Origin: Cyanophora paradoxa CCMP329
Taxonomy: Eukaryota > Plantae > Glaucophyta
Assembly (NCBI GenBank): GCA_004431415.1
Contig: QPMI01000495.1
Coordinates: forward strand, 188,147 to 252,146
Length of the DNA: 64,000 nt
Direction of reading: 5' to 3'
Made by a program: the position numbers and the translations under genes. Of this stretch, positions 26,866 to 37,380 are shown piece by piece (position 1 is the first letter of the stretch; each line of letters opens with the position of its first letter). Below the pieces are notes generated by a model. That model saw only the letters and a program-made list of their open reading frames with translations. It ran no database searches and was not told the origin of the DNA.

Positions 26866-29210
26866 GCTTAAAAAGAAACTCGAATGCATATAGTATCAAT
26901 GTGCAGGGTTGCGGAGGCGAGGGCGCGAGGAAAAACCTGCAGGTCCATGCAGGATCGAATTTTCGGGGTCGGCTGGGTTCTCGCGCCCTGTCGCGCCCTT
27001 GGAGCTTGCGCTACGCTTTGAAAAGCTCTCAAATGAATATTGTAGCGATGCCCATGCATGAGGATGCGAGGGCGCGCGGAAAGCTGTGCAGGTCCGTGAA
27101 GGATCGAATTTTCGGGGTCGGCTGGGTCCCCGCGGCCCGGCGCATCTGTAAAGCGTGCGGAATGCTTTGTCTACATCTCAAATGCGTATGCTATTGTTCC
27201 GCGCATGCGCCGCGGCGTGGGCGCGCGGAAAGATGTCCGGGTCCGTGCAGGATCGAATTTTTGCCGTCGGCTGGGTTCTCGTGCTCTTTCGTGTCTTCGA
27301 AGCTTGTGGAAGGCTTTGATAAAATCTCAAATGAATATTGTGGCGATGCGCATGCGCGAGAATGCGAGGGCGCGCGGAAAGATGTTCAGGTCCGTACAGG
27401 ATCGAATTTTCGGGGTCGGCTGGGTCCTCGCGGCCTGGTGCATTTAGAGACCGTGCGGAAGTCTTCTTCTACATCTTAAATGCTTATGCTATTGTTCCGC
27501 GCATGCGCCGCAGCGTGGGCGCGCGGAAAGATGGCCGGGCCCGTGCAGGATCGAATTTTTGCCGTCGGCTGGGTTCTCGTGCTCTTTCGCGTCTTCGAAG
27601 TCTGTGGAAGGCTTTGATAAAATCTCAACTGAATATTGTGGCGATGCGCATGCGCGAGGACGCGAGGGCGCGCGGAAAGATGTGCAGGTCCGTGAAGGAT
27701 CGAATTTTCGGGGTCGGCTGGGTCCCCGCGGGGTCTGTAGAGGATCGAATTTTCGGGGTGGGCTGGGTCCCCGCGGCCCCGCGCATCGGCAAAGCGTGCG
27801 GAAGGCTTTGTCTACATCTCAGATGCTTATGCTATTGTTCCGCGCATGCGCCGCGCGTGGGCGCGCGGAAAGATGTCCGGGGCTGTGCAGGATCGAATTT
27901 TTGCCGTCGCGCGATCGGGTACCTTCCTGCGCTGTTCGGCATCCGAAAAGCGGATTTCGGGGGTGCGCAGGCCCTGCTATGTCTATGCGCGCCAGTGCGC
28001 ATCGATTGCGCGCGTCGCGGACCGGGCCGGACCGGCTGGATCAAATTTTCGGCGGAGTCTTCGCACTGGAGTGTCGAGGGCGCCCGAAATCGAGCTTGCG
28101 GCGATGCGCTCGCCCTCGCGCGGCATTCTGTATCGTTCTGGGGCGTCCCTGGCGCGATTTCGTCGCGGGACCGGGCGGGACCGGGTTCCACGTTCTGACT
28201 TGGACTGCATTTGTCGGAGGTTAAGTACCGGAATTGATTCAGAGGGAAATTCGATTTTCGCGGGACGCCTACGGGAGAGCGGTCGTCTTAGGGGAGCCAC
28301 GACGCTAAAAATGGATGTAGAGAGGTTTGTGGGGGTTCGGGTGGGTGTGTTACCAGCAGCAATCGCGTCCGTGTCGAGGCAGAATTAATAATTCTGGCTC
28401 GAGGGAGTGCGACCAAGAGCTATGCGATACAGGCGCGATGCGGAGGGCGGTCAAGACGTGCCGGAGATTCTCAAGTGCTGGTACATGCCTGCGGGGCCGC
28501 GCTTCTGCGAGGGCGCGCGGAAAGACGTGCAGGTCCGTCCAGGATCGAATTTTCGGGGTCGGCTGGGTCCTCGCGGCCCGGCACATCCGTAAACTGTGCG
28601 GAAGTCTTCTTCTACATCTTAAATGCTTATGCTATCGTTCCGCGCGTGCGCCGCGGCGTGGGCGCGCGGAAAGATGTCCGGGGCCGTGTGGGATCGAATT
28701 TTTGCCGTCGGGTACCTTCCTGCGCTGTTCCGGCTCCGAAAAGCGGATTTCGGGGGTGCGCAGGCCGTGCTATGTCTATACGCGCCAGTACGCATCGATT
28801 GCGCGCGTCGCGGGACCGGCCGGAACCGGGAGGATCAAATTTCGGCGTACTGTTCGGACTGCAGCGTCGAGGGCGCCCGAAATCGAGCTTGCGGCGATGC
28901 GCTCGCCCTCGCGCGGCATTCTGTATCGTTCTGGGGCGTCCCTGGCGCGATTTCGTCGCGGGACCGGGCGGGACCGGGTTCCACGTGCACGTTCTGACTT
29001 GGACTGCATTTGTCGGAGGTTAAGTAACGGAATTGATCCAGAGGGAAATTCGAAATTCGCGCGACGTGCACGGGAGAGCGGTCGTCTTAGGGGAGCCAGG
29101 ACGCTAAAAATGGATCTAGAGGGGTCTGTGGGGGTTCGGGCAGCTGTGTAATGTCCATCAATCGCGTCTGTGTCGAGGCAGAATTAATAATTCTGTCTCG
29201 AGGGAATGTG
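26866..29210. repeat. 149-bp tandem satellite (alternating A/B dimer) plus an approximately 790-bp higher-order duplication
   Basis: AGGATCGAATTT recurs at 26951, 27100, 27249, 27398, 27547 and 27696 (exact 149-bp spacing), then at 27742, 27889 and 28541. The block starting GGTACCTTCCTGCGCTGTTC recurs at about 27918 and 28711. Confidence 0.9.
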
Positions 29211-29379
29211 ACACGGAAATTATTTGGCACGGGGGATCTTGAGTGGAAAAAAAGGTTAAAAAAGGAATTTCGGTCGGCGGTTTTTGGGTTTGAGAAAGAG
29301 GCTTCGCCTGACGTTAATTTATGTGTAATTTATCCTTTATTCTTGTCTTTTATGTGCGTATTTTATATAAATTACTAAC

Positions 29380-29790
29380 TTTTTTTTTTGAGAGACTACG
29401 GTGGGGCGAACCCCCCGTAGGTAGTGATATTAGGGACAACAAAGCAATCACAAATCAAAGATACAGTAAACTAGCACAAAATACAGAATCAAGAGGGATC
29501 ACGAGAAGGGACACGATCAGAAGAACGCAAAAGATAAGGAGAACGAGCACGAGGAGAAGGAGTAGAAGAGCTCAGGGACGTCGACGCAGAAGTACTAGTC
29601 ACACTAGAACGACGAGGAGCACGGGGACGCAGCGAATAAGAAGAACGAGCACGAGGAACTACAGTCGAAGACGAAGATCTAGACGAAGACGACAAGACAG
29701 AGCTAACAGCAGAACTAGGAGACGTAGTCGCAGGAGGCAGAGCGAGAGGTGGCAGAACAGTAGGAGAGGCGAAACGTAGGACACCATTAG
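29380..29790 (-). mobile_element. 5'-truncated non-LTR retrotransposon (3' end of a LINE-like element)
   Basis: T10 tract at 29380-29389 (poly-A on the minus strand). 11-bp TSD AAATTACTAAC at 29369-29379 and 29791-29801. 3' stem-loop CTACGGGGGG-TTCG-CCCC-A-CCGTAG. Ser/Arg-rich ORF tail ending at 29489. Confidence 0.85.
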
Positions 29791-29990
29791 AAATTACTAA
29801 CGTATCCCTTACTGAAACTTAATTTATTCGTATCTCCGATGTAATTTACCTCTATCTCTCGTAATCATTTGTATTTGAGGTGGATTTTAAACTAAGATAA
29901 ATTATATCACGCCTCCTGATAAAACGCGGGCATTGTCTATGTGTGATATTACGCATTATCGTGTATAATGATATGGAAATAATATGTGTA

Positions 29991-30401
29991 CAAGCAGGGG
30001 GGCAAGCCCCCCCGCACCCCCCCATTAACTGATGATCGATATCATGACCGTCGGACATAGCTATAGCGATCGCACGCGAATTCGAAAGAAACTTATATAT
30101 AATTACACGCAGAAATGAATTTTTTCGCGATCTGGAATTTGAAGCATGTATACGTAGATCTAGATCTGCAGCTGAACTTCAATCCAATCGAGAAACGCGC
30201 AGCGTTGACGTCAGCGCCATACGCGTCGCGTCGGCCGCGCCGACCTCGATCTAGACTCTCAGATCTTGAGCTTCGGAAGCGGAGCTATACGATCTAGCGA
30301 TAGATCGGAACTGTTACAATTAGCTATTATATATTTCGAATCTTGCGCAGTTTGCCAGAACGACGGACGTTTTCAGGACAACTAGAATTCGAATAATCTT
30401 C
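29991..30401 (-). mobile_element. Helitron-like 3' terminus, copy 1
   Basis: The minus strand ends in a GC hairpin (GGGGGCTTGCCCCC) followed by TGCTTG|T. It shares a 70-bp end and a GACGTTTTCAGGACAA...GAATAATCTTC block with 32503-32631. Confidence 0.5.
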
Positions 30402-30514
30402 GCGGCCGCCGGGCACTTCACGATCCTTTTTTTGCAAAAGTGGACGTCTCATTAAGAACACCACGGCACATGTCCTAATGTCCTGAATCGACGCGCCCTT
30501 CCGACGCGGTCGGC

Positions 30515-31960
30515 TAGCTAAGAGTAGGCGATGGTCTAGCTAGGCGCCGGCCTTGGGTCGTCCAGTTCGAGAGGCTCGCTTGCCCAGGGGACACACGGCT
30601 TGCAGATGCGCTGCTGCACCGTGGCCAACGCGCCCGGGTTCGTGAGTGGTTCCATCCCGTTGTGAACCCTGGTAGAGCTTGGCTCCGCACTTGCAAAAGT
30701 GTAAGTGTAGGCGGTGATGGGGGACGATCGCTGCCGCCTGTCGTACGAGATCGCCATCCCCAGCAGAGAGAGTAGTGGGGCACTCCGTGCTTGGCTCCGC
30801 CGCAGTCCGACATCATACCCGCCAAAGTACGACCCGTCGGGTTCCACGTGAAGAGGTCGCCCGGTCCACCCCCCTCCCCGCCCCCCCCCCCCCCCCCCCC
30901 CCCCGGATTTCCCTCAGCTTGGGTAGAGGATGGTTCATATAGGACAGGAAAGGTCGAGAGTATCTCAACGAGCGCCGAGAGAGAGGAGAAAGTTTTACTG
31001 GAAAAGCTAGGGGAGCCATTTACCTCTGGAATCCCCCGGGGAATGCAGGCCGGTTCCCTATGGGTCCCGGGCGACTGAACGTTTACGTGACTAAGCAACG
31101 AATAACCCACCCCACTCACATCGGGGATCATTGGTTACCAGAGAGCTACGCCTAGGGACCAGCGCCACTTGGCGTCGTGGAAACAAATTGGGAGAGGGAG
31201 AGGAAAAATTCGGACAGCAGCAGAAACCCATCGAAAAATGAAAATGAGTGAGAGAGTAAAGAGAGCGAAAACTGCCACTGCCGCGAGGAGAGGAAAAAGA
31301 ATCTAGCGCCGCTGCGCGCCCTTGCCGGGCGCGGGGCTCGAGCTCGAGCCCTGGCTCATTGCCATCGCAGCGGCGAGCGCGGCCGCAAGCACGTCGCGGT
31401 TGATCGGGGGCGGCAGCGGGGCGGCCGCGGCCTTTTGCTTGTTCTTCTTCTTGTTCTTGTTCTTCTTCTTCTTCTCCATGGCGCGCGCCGAGGAGATCTC
31501 CTCGGAGGAGGAAGAGGAGGAGGAAGAGGAGGGGGAGCGGCGGCGGCGGCGGCCGGAGCCGCTGTCGCTGCCGCCAGCCGCGGGCGCCGCGGCGAAGAGG
31601 TTGAGGTGGCGGCTGCGGTGGGAGCTGACGCTGACAGAGTCGTCGTCCCCGTTGATCGCGCGCCGCAGCTGCGCAAGCTGGGCAGCGTTGATGCCATCGA
31701 CGTCGCCGGCGCCGGCGGCAGGGGCGGCGGGGCCGGCGGCGGCTCCGGCGCCGGCAAGGTTTACCGCGTCGAGGGCGTCCGCAGCCGCGCCGGCCGCGTC
31801 CGCCGGGCAGTTGTAGGTCTCCGGGTGGCCGAGGGCATCCGACACGATGTGCTCGCGCTGCGCCACAGTTTACTTGAGCGTGGAGATCGCGGCGATGGAG
31901 AGGGGCAAGGAGAAAAAGAAATCAACGGACTTTCGAGCAGAAACAGCGCCTGCCGTTCGG
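30515..31960 (-). pseudogene. Degenerate, probably retroelement-derived ORF fragments (gag-like low-complexity tail plus downstream remnant)
   Basis: Intronless ORF 31303-31866 with Ser and Lys tracts, continuing upstream past one in-frame TAA. Purine-rich spacer and broken ORFs at 30536-31131. No diagnostic motif. Confidence 0.3.
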
Positions 31961-31969
31961 CACCTCGTA

Positions 31970-32502
31970 AATGCTCCAGGTGATGGAGCCGAACTTGCCG
32001 GTGAGCGGTTCAATGGTCGGTTTATCTTCTCTGTTCTTGTTGCTGATCTTCCCTTTTCCATCGGTGAAATGCTGGAAATTATAAATGCTATCCATCATAA
32101 TGGAAGATTAATTGGAAATTCACCCACTTATTCTGATATGCGGGGTGTCGGTTATTTCAGGGATAAACCTCATCAAATAGTCGTTAGACATGTCGATGAT
32201 CGGTTTTACATTGCGAAAGCCATCGAGCCTATGGGAAATATTGAATTCCTTGTTAGACAACTCCGTTATGAGGAAACAGAGGATGCTTATGTAGAAATTC
32301 TCGATTTCTGTCAACATGTTCGATGCACTCAATATAAGGTATCTGATGTCATGGATGTAATTGTAAGAGATTACGGTAATCAGATGCAACCACGTTATTA
32401 TTTTAAAGTAAATCGTGATCTCTCGGTTTATCATCGCAAGTTTGAAGGGCATAACTTAAAGTTAACTACCCGTGCATCGGTTCGTAAATTCTTAAAAGCC
32501 AA
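31970..32502 (+). pseudogene. AT-rich intronless ORF fragment, probably of viral origin; truncated at both ends
   Basis: About 175 open codons with AT-rich codon usage unlike the host genes. The 5' end abuts GC-rich element DNA and the 3' end is cut by the Helitron-like terminus. Confidence 0.45.
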
Positions 32503-32631
32503 CAAGCAGGGGGGCAAGCCCCCCCGCACCCCCCCATTTACTGATGACCATGCCATGATGACTGTCGGACATGCAGGAAGAAAGCAATTTACATGCAGAC
32601 GTTTTCAGGACAAATTATAAGAATAATCTTC
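32503..32631 (-). mobile_element. Helitron-like 3' terminus, copy 2
   Basis: CAAGCAGGGGGGCAAGCCCCCCCGCACCCCCCCATT.ACTGATGA...ATGAC.GTCGGACAT is shared with 29991-30058. Confidence 0.5.
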
Positions 32632-33021
32632 CTCGGCTTCGTATACGTATTCGAATATACAGTCGCGCTACTTAAGGAACGGGTGCTCAGCGGCTTCGAA
32701 ATAATCACTGTTTTCGCTAGCGCTGCGTACGCGTACGCGTTGACTTCGAATTTACCTGCTGGTCATGATGTGCTCCGTCTGCACAATTGCAAGGATGCGC
32801 AGCAGCGCTCAACGGCTAGCTGCATGCGCAGTAGCACTAGTATATACGTACTACGGTATGTAAACGGTTGCTAAATAAGCGCAACCGCGGCCGGGTAACG
32901 ACAGCTCAGCGGCTGCTGCTGCAGGCTGTAGCCTATAGCTACGTTTAAAGCCTACAGTAGCTATAGCAGTAGAACGTTAACAGCGGCAGATTACCGTAGT
33001 ACAGTGCACACCGTGGCACGT

Positions 33022-33140
33022 GTTTCCGTTACTTTCCGTTACTTTTCGCTATCCGCCACTTAAGCTGTCCGTTACTTTCCGGAAACGTCCGTTATCCGCC
33101 ACTTCAGTTTTCCGTTACTTCCGTTATCTACCACTTTCCA
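33022..33140. repeat. Short degenerate tandem repeat (TTCCGTTAC/TCCGTTAT units)
   Basis: About 6-7 copies of TCCGTTA within about 120 bp. Confidence 0.7.
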
Positions 33141-34249
33141 TGCACGCCACTGGCCAGCTTAAACTGCTGGGGAAAACTCGACTCGCGCGGGACCGTGCAC
33201 GTGACAGTGGTGACACACGTCAACCGATCGCCAAGTTACGACGCCAACTCGACGCCGAGTCGGATCGTATATATACGTACTGGTACCGGTGAAGGGGTGA
33301 AGGGTTTTTTTATTTTTTTAGAAGTTGCCCGACAGCCTGGCAGCTCACAGAGTCACAGAGTCGAGCACAGTCATGACGTTGACTCAAGCGGACGAGTCGT
33401 CGTCGCGAGCGGCTGGCCGGCGGCTCGCGTCGCCCCGCGTCCGACGGTCACACGTGCATGCGCACGGTCCGACGGTCACGACGCGCGCCGTGGTCCGTGG
33501 CGGCGCACCGTGGCACGTACCGTAGTAACCGTCACGGCGTACGGGTCCGACCCGGTCCGTACCGGTACGTACGCCGTGACGCGCGCGCGCGCGCGGTACG
33601 CGCGTGGAACGCGCGTAGGCACTGCGACTGCGAACTTCATGCATGAAAATTTCTTTAAAACCTAAACTGATCTTCGATCGATCGATATCGATCCGCGGGG
33701 GGGGGCAAAATTAAAATTGCCGTTATTTATTAAATTAACGCGCTGACATTTTGAATTTAGTTTCACTTGGGGGTAATTTTTAATGTATCTGGCGTTCTCG
33801 CAGTGGATTTCGAGAATAAGCGCGGTACCTAATATATATATTAATGCGGAAAGTCAAAATTTCAGTTCCTTCATCTGGTGTTATATACCGTATACCACAC
33901 TGTGTTCTCATATGCGTTGACACAACCCTAAGGTAAGTTTTCTGACCTCAATCAAGTTACCGAAGATTTTTGGCTCGGCCGTTCCGTGAGAACTGAGTTT
34001 TTTTACGGGTGTCCGCATGCGTCATAAGTAATAAGTTATAACTTAGTATGGTGCCGCATGGAGTCGTGGACATCGCATGTGGTATATTGAAGAAAAGGAC
34101 AAAGTGGGTATAGTGGGCGACATATTCAGTTTGATTGATCGCAATTAATCAGGCAAAAATTGAAAGTCCCGTGAGCAACACAAAATGATTTAAGGAAGAA
34201 GTGATACATAGGTTTAAGAAAGAGAAAACTTTTTCCGTGACGTATTACA

Positions 34250-34528
34250 ATGTCGTGCGCTGAAATGTTTAAGGATATCTCCGATATCATGGAAGCCGCG
34301 GAATACTTCTATAAACAAAACGACACCCTTTACCCTTCTCTGTCTCATATTGTAGCGATTGGTTTCTTAGCTGATAGACCCGACCGACTGTATGCAAAGA
34401 GTGATGAAAACCACTTTTTCCACTATCAAAAGCAACCTTTAAAAAGAGGAAAGGTGGAATACAACGTTAAAGCACTGTTTAACTTTGGCGGTGAGTTCAT
34501 CCCTCTTATCGAATTCAAAAACCACTAA
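34250..34528 (+). CDS. Small AT-rich intronless hypothetical protein (92 aa), virus-like
   Basis: Complete ATG-TAA ORF. Its stop overlaps the convergent stop of the penton-like gene, a compact virus-style arrangement. Confidence 0.5.
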   Translation: MSCAEMFKDISDIMEAAEYFYKQNDTLYPSLSHIVAIGFLADRPDRLYAKSDENHFFHYQKQPLKRGKVEYNVKALFNFGGEFIPLIEFKNH

Positions 34529-34648
34529 TCAATACCTAACGCTAAAAACTCCAACTCAAATGAATTATCGATACCGTTCATATCAACAAGATCACCGTAA
34601 TAATCGCAAAACTCTACGGTTAACTCATTAATCACTAAATTACGATCG
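34525..34648 (-). pseudogene. C-terminus of a penton/minor capsid protein (Polinton-like virus/NCLDV type)
   Basis: The minus strand translates as DRNLVINELTVEFCDYYGDLVDMNGIDNSFELEFLALGID*, matching the I..L.V...D.YG.LVD.NG.D.SF.LEF end motif of single-jelly-roll pentons. Confidence 0.72.
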
Positions 34649-34983
34649 ATCTGGTAGACCTTGATTGGTGGGTCGACCGTCCCAGATCAAACGAAGTTTG
34701 GAGCCAGTCTTCTTCGGGACCACGGACAAGGAGCACACAATGTTCACCTCGTGCTGTTGGACTTCACGAATGGCCCCGGTGCGCAAGAGTTTCTGAATTT
34801 CCGTCCGCACAAAATCCCTGTGATCCTCGGCTGCAGACTTGTGATTACGCCGATGCTCCGGTGGCAGATTGCGGGCCCCAGTCAGCGGGAAACCGTCACG
34901 TATCCATGACAGCACCACATAGTTGGCACCAATCTCCTTCCACTGGGACCAGGCCTCACGGATGCAGGACGCCACAAAAGAAC
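34649..34983 (-). pseudogene. DIRS-type reverse transcriptase, N-terminal fragment
   Basis: AWSQWKEIGANYVVLSWIRDGFPL...EIQKLLRTGAIREV...SLSVVPKKTGSKLRLIWDGR. Breaks off at 34649. Confidence 0.88.
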
Positions 34984-35167
34984 CTGGTGGCTAAAAGTCA
35001 CAAGCGCACGGGAAGTGGGCTTGAGGCCTTAAATTGTCGCCACATCTTATCAACGACACGAGCTGACAGGCTGAGCTGCAGTTGAGTCTGGCTCAAGCTG
35101 CAGCTGGAGCTGAGTTGGAGCTGGAGCTGGTACGCTGGAGGGCGGCTGTGACACGCGAACGTGAGGA

Positions 35168-35296
35168 ATCTTCACTGCTTCGCGCGAAAGAAGACTGAAG
35201 GTTGTACCCCTAACAATCATTATATAGAATCAAGGCTGCTTACGGAGTGGCAGGCATACAAAGTCATATGCTACGCGTTCGCTCGCATATTCAGTA
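35168..35296 (-). repeat. Internal direct repeat A2 of YR element 1
   Basis: Identical to 37252-37380. Confidence 0.95.
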
Positions 35297-36117
35297 GTAT
35301 GCCTGCCACAAGCAGCCTTGCTTCTAAGCAATTCTAAGCCAAGTCTGATCATGAAGTTTTTAATAGTGAGCGTGTCACAGGTACGAATTTGTCACAACAC
35401 CTGACGTTCACCTCCACGGTGGATGCGCGAAGTTCTTGAATGAAGGCACATCACAGCATGCACAGCACACACATATGGACTCATGCAAGTACACAACTTG
35501 TTCTCTTGAATGCTTCAAAACTTGTCCAGCATGCACACCTCTGGATGAATGCGCCAACCTGCGGAACAGAATAGAAAATTGGGAGACACACCTGGATACC
35601 AAGAGATGATTTCCTCCACACCTGCGATACCAAATGATTAGATCTGAGCACCCAGCGCGCGATAGCGACACACGAGATGGCCGTTGCTGGCCAGGAACTC
35701 GGCAACTCGACCGCAGCCTGATGTGACCTGGGACGAGAAGAGGTCAGGCTGTTGGGGATTGGCTGGGGCTCGCACCAGGTTGGAGTCATCCAGGTGGCAC
35801 TTATGGCCCACAAAGTTGTGATGCTCAAAGCTTATGCAAAATTCGTAGTTACAAGGCCTTGTAGACTATGGCAAATTTGAAACGATCACAAGGTCATGCA
35901 CATTGCAATTGCCAAGCTAGTGTTTACCACAGACCCATCACCACAAATGCAATGCAAGCTCAAACACACATAAGAAAGCCCAGATTTATTCCTTCATGGC
36001 ACACACACAGCACAGCACAGCTACGAGCACATGCACATGCCAAGTCTGGGGCCACACGAAAACGAAAAAACCTAGCACTCTACAGCTGCGCCCGAAAGGC
36101 TGGGCACAGGAAGCCGC

Positions 36118-37253
36118 CTACTTCTTCTCGCGCCAATCCGGGCGCGGCGGGTTGGTGCAATCCTTCACATGGTGGCCGTGCTGGTTGCACCTAAAGCAAG
36201 CGCCGCCGTTCCGCTGGGCGGTGGGCGCCTGCTCGCGTTCGACGCGCTGCCGCTGCGGGGGCCGATAGCTAGACGGCTGGCGCTCAGCTGGTGCATACGA
36301 ATTACCGGCGCCGACGCCAGCCACACGAAGCGCGTACGCCATCGACGCGGTCTGCGCGCGGTGCTCCTCCGGCACAGCTGCGAGCGCCTCGGCTGTCTTA
36401 TCGCCGCCTTTGTCGCGGATATCTATCTTCTTCTTAAGCTCCTCGAGCTGCTTCAAAGACGCTTTGAGGGTTGCTGCACAGGCGACACACGAGAGGAGCC
36501 CCTTGAGCTGGAAACGCAGCTGTATCAGCTGGAACGCAAACTCCCGAAGCCAGGTATTCTTAAGCTGCATTGCTTCATGCTGTTCGCGCTGCTGCTCCTG
36601 AGCGATTTGATGCTGGTGCTCACGGATGGACTCTACCCCTCGGTCTATGCCTTGCTGAATCTGCTTCTTAATGTACTCATTAAGCTCACCGGCAGGGCTG
36701 TTGTGGCGTTGACGACGGGAACCGGGCCGCGGCGGTGCCGAGTGTGCCGGCTGGGTCCTGGCTGGTCGGGAACCGGCACCTCGAGATTCGGGAACATCTG
36801 TGCGGCAAGAGCTTCCTCTCGTGTGGCTGCACCGCCGAACTGCTCACGACGCTGCACGCCGGCAATCACATCCTCCTCGTCCTCGGAAAATGGCTCCGGA
36901 TCCGGAACGCCGTCACTGGTGCGGTTTTCGACTGCTGGGGCGGCTGGCGCCTTGCGCTTGTTGCTGGTTGACTGACGGCCACTTGGCGTTGGAGTAGGCG
37001 CCGAACCGTTGTCCTCGCCGCCGGAGTCCGCCGCCTCGGTCACACGCGTGGAACGGCGAGCTCGTGGCTGGGCGGATGCGGTCGGCCGCGGACGGGCTGT
37101 CTTGCGGGAGCCCGTTGCGGAAGACTTGCCCTTCTTGTTCGACCCCGCCTCCGCGCAGGCCGCCAAGAGGCTGAAAACGACGACGACGAGAACAAGTGTG
37201 ACCACCAGAGGGGCCCAGCTAGGGCCCCTCCCACGACGAGCCACGCGACACAT
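36118..37253 (-). CDS. Gag-like protein of YR element 1 (signal-peptide-like N-terminus, one frameshift near 36,700)
   Basis: MCRVARRGRGPSWAPLVVTLVLVVVVFSLLAACAEA...; LEELKKKIDIRDKGG; zinc knuckle CFRCNQHGHHVKDC; stop at 36118. Confidence 0.8.
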
Positions 37254-37380
37254 CTTCACTGCTTCGCGCGAAAGAAGACTGAAGGTTGTACCCCTAACAA
37301 TCATTATATAGAATCAAGGCTGCTTACGGAGTGGCAGGCATACAAAGTCATATGCTACGCGTTCGCTCGCATATTCAGTA
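37252..37380 (-). repeat. Terminal direct repeat A1 of YR element 1
   Basis: Begins at the junction with the penton fragment and ends in the gag ATG. Confidence 0.95.

Larger units (their letters stand above)
26443..29944. mobile_element. Non-autonomous TIR element (27-bp perfect inverted repeats) carrying an internal satellite
   Basis: ACACATAGACAATGCCCGCGTTTTATC at 26443-26469 and its exact reverse complement at 29918-29944. No transposase and no clear TSD. Confidence 0.6.
34649..37380 (-). mobile_element. Tyrosine-recombinase (DIRS/PAT-type) retrotransposon 1, 3'-truncated: A1-gag-spacer-A2-RT fragment
   Basis: 129-bp direct repeat at 37252-37380 and 35168-35296. Gag has a CCHC knuckle. 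The RT N-terminus is homologous to the RT at 61230-63132 (VVPKKTGSKLRLIWDGRPTN versus TVPKKTGDKLRLIWDGRPTN). Confidence 0.88.

Noticed and set aside
26940-27910. Regularly spaced repeats resembling a CRISPR array
   Set aside because: The intervening sequences are themselves repeated, so this is a satellite. The context is eukaryotic and there are no cas genes.
30025-30095. CTGATGA suggesting a hammerhead ribozyme (also near 32541)
   Set aside because: No stem II closed by GAAA, and no stem I/III pairing, could be formed in either copy.
31867-31875. In-frame TAA suggesting a variant genetic code
   Set aside because: It is a single case in a decayed element. Host genes and other ORFs end normally at TAA/TAG/TGA.
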